Assembly (NCBI GenBank): GCA_037447605.1
Contig: CM074809.1
Span: 486,689-550,688, forward strand
DNA: 64,000 nt
DNA from: Zygnema circumcarinatum SAG 698-1b
Lineage: Eukaryota > Plantae > Zygnematophyceae
Direction: 5' to 3'
Shown: piece after piece, positions 58,501 through 64,000 of the stretch
Layout: every line of letters begins with the position of its first letter
Position numbering within the stretch: position 1 is the first letter of the stretch
Notes under the pieces: generated by a model
What the model was told of the DNA's origin: nothing
The model's input: the letters and a program-made list of their open reading frames with translations, nothing else
Database searches by the model: none
Position numbers and translations under genes: made by a program

Positions 58501-60731
58501 CTCCCTCTCCCTCTCCCTCCCCCTCCCTCTCCCTCTCCCCCTCTCCCTCTCCCTCTCTCTGCCTCTCCCTCCCCCTCTCCCTCTCCCTCTCTCTTCCTCC
58601 CTCCCTCTCTTCCTCTCCTTCTCCCTCTCCCTCTCCCTCCCTCTCCCTCCCTCTCCCTCTCCCTCTCTCCCTCTCCCTCTCCGCCTCTCTCTCTCCCTCT
58701 CCCTCTCCATCTCTCCGCCTCTCCCTCCCCCTCTTCTCTCCCTCTCCCTCTCCTTCTCCCCCTCCATCTCCATCTCCCTCTCCCGCTTCCCTCTAAAAGT
58801 ACCCTGTAGAGAACCAAGTTCGCGCATGCATGCATGCATGCAGACCTCCATAGCTTTCAATTGGCTAATGTCGTCGAATATGACGAGGGCGAAGTTCTTT
58901 GTGGGCAGCGTCGCTCGCAGTCGCAGCCACACGTGTCTCCCACCTTGCTGCTTCCATCGCCATTCTCCAAGCACCCCTCCTTTCCGGTCTCCGCATGCAA
59001 CCTCACCACACGTCTTCTGCGACTCGTACACAAGCAAATCAACCCTAAATTAACTTCAACCCTTCAGTCTTCAAAACCATGCAATCTAATCTTTTCACTG
59101 GAAATTCACAACGTTCAGGGTTTGGTGCAAATTTCGACAGGTTTCATGAAGGAGGGTAGGATTGAGAGCCAAACTTGGAAAGTATGCAGATCCTCCGGAG
59201 AGATGAAATCGTCCAAAGGGACACCCAACATAGCCTCCGGAGATCGACCAAAAATCTCACTCAAACCGATGCTGCTCGCCTCCAAACCCACCCGAACTTC
59301 ACAACCTCAATGACTCCCCAAACAAGGGAACATCCTCTCTTCACAGTAACGGCTTGCAGGCATTGCCTTGTCGAAACCCTAAGAGTCTTATTGAGATTTT
59401 TCTTTTCTCTCTCCCCTCCTGCGATAAGCCACTTCATCATTCATTGAAATTGTTGGCTCCTTGAGTGGATGTTTTCAGAAAGTGTGAAGGCGAAGGCCCA
59501 CCTGCATCTTAAAATCTCGTTGTTGGGTCCTATTGCGGCCGAGGCGAGATCCAAAGAGTCCAACAAGCGGCTCGCGGAGTTCAAACTCTGCTCCGACAAT
59601 GCGTCGGGAATTCGAGGAAGAGCACTCTCCTCGACATGGAAATGAAGAGACCTAAAGAGGACAGGGCAGGGGATGGAGCAAGTCCTTTATCCTCGGTAGC
59701 TTCTCCTTAGGTCAATTCTAGAGATCTGCGGGCCGACATTGCTGTAGGCTCCCATGAACCCTAAAACTCAAACTATATACCATATATTTACTTTTTAAGA
59801 AACCGAGTTTTAAAAGCTGCTTCAATGGCCTCTCGTTGATGTTTTGTTTGCACAAAGAGAGGGCTTAAGCAACTTGGCAGACATGGTTGACTTGGGACTT
59901 GACACGCTACAATCAATGCTCCTTTCCCCCCCTCATCTGTCCTACCCTATCACAAGCTTTCCCTCCCCATCTTCCCCTACATTCCCCCTCACTCCCGCTT
60001 CCGCTCCCGCCCACCTCGCTTCCGCTTCCTTCATACATCCCACTCCCTCTCTATTCCCTCCATCGCCTAATCTCTCCCTCGCCACCTATCTCTCTCCCCA
60101 TCCCGCCATAACCCCTCCCTCTCTAGCCCCCACCCCTCTCTCGCCTCCCACTGCCCTCTCCCCCCATCTCTCCCGCTTCTGCCCTCTCCCCCCATCTCTC
60201 CCCCCTCTGCCCTCTCCCCCTCTCTCTCCCTCCTCTGCCCTCTCCCCCTCTCTCCCCCTCTCTCTCCCCCCTCTGCCCTCTCCCCATCTCTCTCCCCCCT
60301 CTGCCCTCTCCTCTCTCTCTCCCCCCTCTGCCCTCTCCCCTCTCTATCCCCCCTCTGCCCTCTCCCCCTTTCTCTCCCCCTTTCTCTCCCCCTCTCTCCC
60401 CCCTCTGCCCTCTCCCCCTCTCTCTCCCCCCTCTGCCCTTTACCCAACTCTCTCCCCTCTCTTCCCTCTCCCCCTCTCTCTCTCCCCCTCNNNNNNNNNN
60501 CTCCCCCTCTCTCTCTCCCCCTCTGCCCTCTCCCCATCTCTCTCCCCCCTCTGCCCTCTCCCCCTCTGTCTCACCATCCTCCGTCACTCCCTCCCTCTCC
60601 CCATATACCCCCTCAAACCCCTCTCCCCTCCCTCACCTTTCCGCCCCCATCCCTCCGAGACCAGCGCCGCAGCCGCCTTCGCACGTGCGGGACCTCCCCG
60701 CCGCCTCCGCCCCCGCCTCCGCCATGGCCAT
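55540..60731 (-). CDS. Soluble multi-PAS hybrid histidine kinase (PAS-PAS-[gap]-HisKA-HATPase-REC), 3' end not visible
   Basis: Phase-compatible exons 60731-60637, 59651-59502, 59271-59175, 59016-58846, 58320-57994 and 57873-57799 encode PAS folds. H-box [12 protein letters not shown] at 57469-57434; N-box [17 protein letters not shown]; G1 [10 protein letters not shown]; G2 KYGGTGLGLTISK; receiver start [15 protein letters not shown]. No TM helix in the visible exons. Confidence 0.88.
57510..57639. other. Largest assembly gap; 10-N gaps also at 25632, 26999, 31584, 36421, 55421 and 60491
   Basis: Runs of N, mostly next to poly-G/C or (CT)n tracts. Confidence 0.99.
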
Positions 60732-62790
60732 CGCCGCGCGCCGTTCGGCGACCGCGCCTTCCTCTATGCCTGTACGGACATCTGTCCTTTTCTGGACCTG
60801 ACATTGGACAAAATTCGGTGACCGTACGCGATCTGTTAAAAAGTCGCTGTGTCGCTTATCAGCCGTACACTGCCGCGTTCACTTTTTGAGAACTTGAAAA
60901 AAATTATTTATGGTATATTTACACACCTTTTTTGGCTAAAGACACACCTTTTTTCGCTGGTCGGATTATATTTTAGCGTTTTGGTCTTCTTATATTTTGT
61001 AAAGGTGTTTTTCTAACCAAAAATATGTGCAAATAGTAAGATCCGAAAAAATTAGAGGCTCTGATAAGCGCACCACTAAGACGAGAACTTCACAGGGAAA
61101 GCGTGTGCGGCCAATCGGGGGCCGACAGAACGCTACCGGGGGGGTTCGGGCGTTCTATGAAGGAATGCTTTCCCCGTTAAACATCCCGTTTTCCGATCAA
61201 TTCTCGCCACGTGGAAGCGTTTTTCAAGCCGCCGATCACCTGCAATTTGCTGCGAACCGCGACCTCGACCGGTCACCGCCTGTCGACGGCAGTGTGCCAT
61301 CGTGGCAAGGGTATTGCCAGCGTGGCATCGAGATTAAGCCACTTGGCGGTACGCGATTGGTGAAGGAGTCGCGTTTTGAGGGACACTTCGGCGCGTTCTA
61401 AAGGATGGTGACGTGGCAGCCACGTCGTCGAAACTGGCCCAGACGGTATCCCGTCGCACAGAACGCTTAAAATTAAAAGGACAGTACATGGAACTTCGTT
61501 CAGACCGTACGTACTCTATCGTAGGCGCCTACTAGCACTTGTTACTCATGGTTTCTATGCGAGGAAACCACGAGCTGGTCCTGTTAGCGAGAACGGGTTC
61601 AGTAACCAGTTGCGACGACAAGAAGCAGTGACAGCGAACGGTGAATTAGCAGTTCTATGCGTAGTTCGACGGGGCAACGGGCGTCCATGGGCAGTCCTGT
61701 TGCAACAGAAATGAAGGAACGCGCTCGCATGGAACGGAAAACCAAACTGTACGAAAAGTTGGGGCGGGTTCCCCTGCGGGACCTGCGGAGGGACCGGACG
61801 GAAAATCTGAGAAACTGAGAACGCAGGTTTTTTCCCTCCGCAGTTTTCGGTTTTTGAAATATTGCAAACTGGGGGTCGGGATCGATTTTAGGGGGTACGG
61901 GTACATTCTGATTTTCATTTGCATTGCCAATCATGGACCGCCACGTACGCATCACAATTTCGTGGACGAATCACGAAAGATTTCCGTAACTTCCAATAAT
62001 TTGAATTTCTATGAAGGCATATACAGTCAAATAACTTTTTCAAAAAATATGATAAACTTTTGTCCTCCAAAATGAGAGTGATTTATTTGAGATCAAAGTA
62101 ACCGTCCAATATAAACGTGCCGCGTGTACACAACCTGACGTTTTCAATTTCATCGGCCAATAAGGAGGGCCCAAGAAACGCGTTGAAATTCTCTTGCCGT
62201 TCGTACATTTCGTACTACCGACATTTGACCGTCCGCCGCCCTGCATCCGACGTGGCATCCTCATTTATGGCGCCAGCTAGCTGCCAGAGGGCACCGCCCA
62301 GCACAGTCGTCCGATTCCACTTTGTCGCAACCACCAAGTCCCGCCACCAACCAGATCCGATTCTTCAAGATCTTCCTGCTGCGCAACCAGCCGCCTGATT
62401 CGTCGATCCACCCGGATCCACTCAGGAATCCACCCATAGATCCACTTCTACTGCTTTGATCCCCCTTAGTTGATCCGGTCCCCTTCCCGCGGTCCCGCGA
62501 TCCGTTTTTGGCAGTTTTCACGCTAGAAACGACACTCTTTCATACGGACGCGCATCCTTCCGTTGGAATTTTCGCTGCCGACGCGGCCCTCGCGGCGGCG
62601 GGCCCGGTCGTCCGTACAGTGAGGAGAGAGATGCGCGCGAATCCCGCCGACTGCAGCCGGGGCACACCTTTGAGGCCGAAAGCACGCTAGAAGCACAAGC
62701 CCGCCGCCGCACGTTCCCCGCTACCGTTTGTCGTTTTGTGACCCCGCACCCCCGCCTTTGTCGGCCGGTCTCGCTTCACTCCGCGACACC

Positions 62791-63164
<374 letters not shown>

Positions 63165-63211
63165 TTTCCCTGTCTCTCTCTCTCTCTCTGTTTCTCCCTC
63201 CAGAGGCGGCG

Positions 63212-64000
63212 ATGAAGCGCCCCTTTTGTCTCGCGGCAGCCGTGTCGCTGCTGCTCCTCCTCCTCTCCCCATCCCTTGCCCTCCCAGCTGCTGCCACGTG
63301 TCCCTCCAGCATCTCCTCCTCCGACGCCGCCGTCCTCACTGGGGTCATCTCTTTCCTCGCCAGCCATGGCTCCCCCCTCCCCGACGGCTGGAAGGCCTCC
63401 AACGTCTCCCAGGCGTGCTGCTGGGACCACTCCGTCTCCTGCTTGAACGGAACCGTCACCTCTCTCTCTCTCTCTTCGCAGAACCTCACAGGCCCTCTCC
63501 CTCCCCTCCTCTCCAACTTCGCCTCCCTGCAGACTCTCGACCTCTCCCTCAACAGCTTCAATGGCTCCATTCCCTCCAGCTGGGCCTCTCTCACCTCTCT
63601 CACAACCCTCAACTTGTTCACAAACTCGCTCTCCGGGTCGCTTGAGCCTCTCGGTTACATGAAGAACTTGACTTACCTCGACCTCAGTGTCAACCTTTTT
63701 GCGGAAGATCTGAGATCGGTGCCTTTGGGGAACTTGACCCAGCTCACTATCTTAAATTTGTTCCAAAACTCCTTCACTGGAGGGTATCCGACATGGCTGG
63801 GATCCCTGACAAGCCTCACTACTCTCTTCATGTCAAGCATTCCGACCCTTCCTCCTTCCACTCTTCCTACAGATATTTCAGGTTGGCCTCCCAATATCCA
63901 GCATTTGGACATATCTAACATGAATTTGGTGGGTAGTCTTCCCGGAGTGCTGGCGGATCTCTCCTCCCTTCAGGACGCCAAATTGAGCTTTAATAACTTG
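63212..64000 (+). CDS. LRR receptor-like kinase 3 (5' part, runs off the window; not in the ORF track)
   Basis: Open frame from ATG 63212: MKRPFCLAAAVSLLLLLLSPSLALPAAATCPSS..WKASNVSQACCWDHSVSC.., LRRs, and LPTDISGWPP..SNMNLVGSLP shared with RLK1/2 (LPTDYASWPP..SMNLYGPLP). A kinase domain is inferred, not seen. Confidence 0.85.
   Translation, partial: MKRPFCLAAAVSLLLLLLSPSLALPAAATCPSSISSSDAAVLTGVISFLASHGSPLPDGWKASNVSQACCWDHSVSCLNGTVTSLSLSSQNLTGPLPPLLSNFASLQTLDLSLNSFNGSIPSSWASLTSLTTLNLFTNSLSGSLEPLGYMKNLTYLDLSVNLFAEDLRSVPLGNLTQLTILNLFQNSFTGGYPTWLGSLTSLTTLFMSSIPTLPPSTLPTDISGWPPNIQHLDISNMNLVGSLPGVLADLSSLQDAKLSFNNL

Noticed and set aside
61521-61535. GTAGGCGCCTAC palindrome plus CTAG as a Helitron 3' end
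   Set aside because: No spacer between the hairpin and CTAG, and the next base is C rather than T.

Overview
Eukaryotic nuclear DNA from a streptophyte. A non-seed plant or charophyte alga is inferred from a soluble multi-PAS hybrid histidine kinase, a bacterial-type tandem-LysM gene and (CT/GA)n-rich introns. The assembly is a draft with seven N gaps. Spliced gene models were built by hand from GT/GC-AG junctions: three LRR receptor-like kinases of one subfamily (the third runs off the right edge and is missing from the ORF track), PHF5A, two tandem intronless alpha/beta-hydrolases, RPL27A, a GNAT10-like acetyltransferase, a UVR-motif coiled-coil protein, a 2xLysM protein, a serine-rich protein, an ABCC transporter apparently lacking TMD0, an ELIP, a PC-esterase/SGNH protein and a PAS-HK-REC kinase. 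No rRNA, tRNA or true CRISPR array was seen. Highlights: (1) a nested transposon stack upstream of hydrolase copy 1, whose empty site is preserved at copy 2, carrying CRISPR-look-alike palindromic repeat-spacer arrays; (2) bacterial-looking hydrolase duplicates; (3) a 404-bp >99% identical tract between two otherwise diverged inverted RLKs; (4) a possible bicistronic serine-rich/LysM locus; (5) a divergent ABCC/ELIP pair. Family assignments rest on motif recognition from memory, not database searches.
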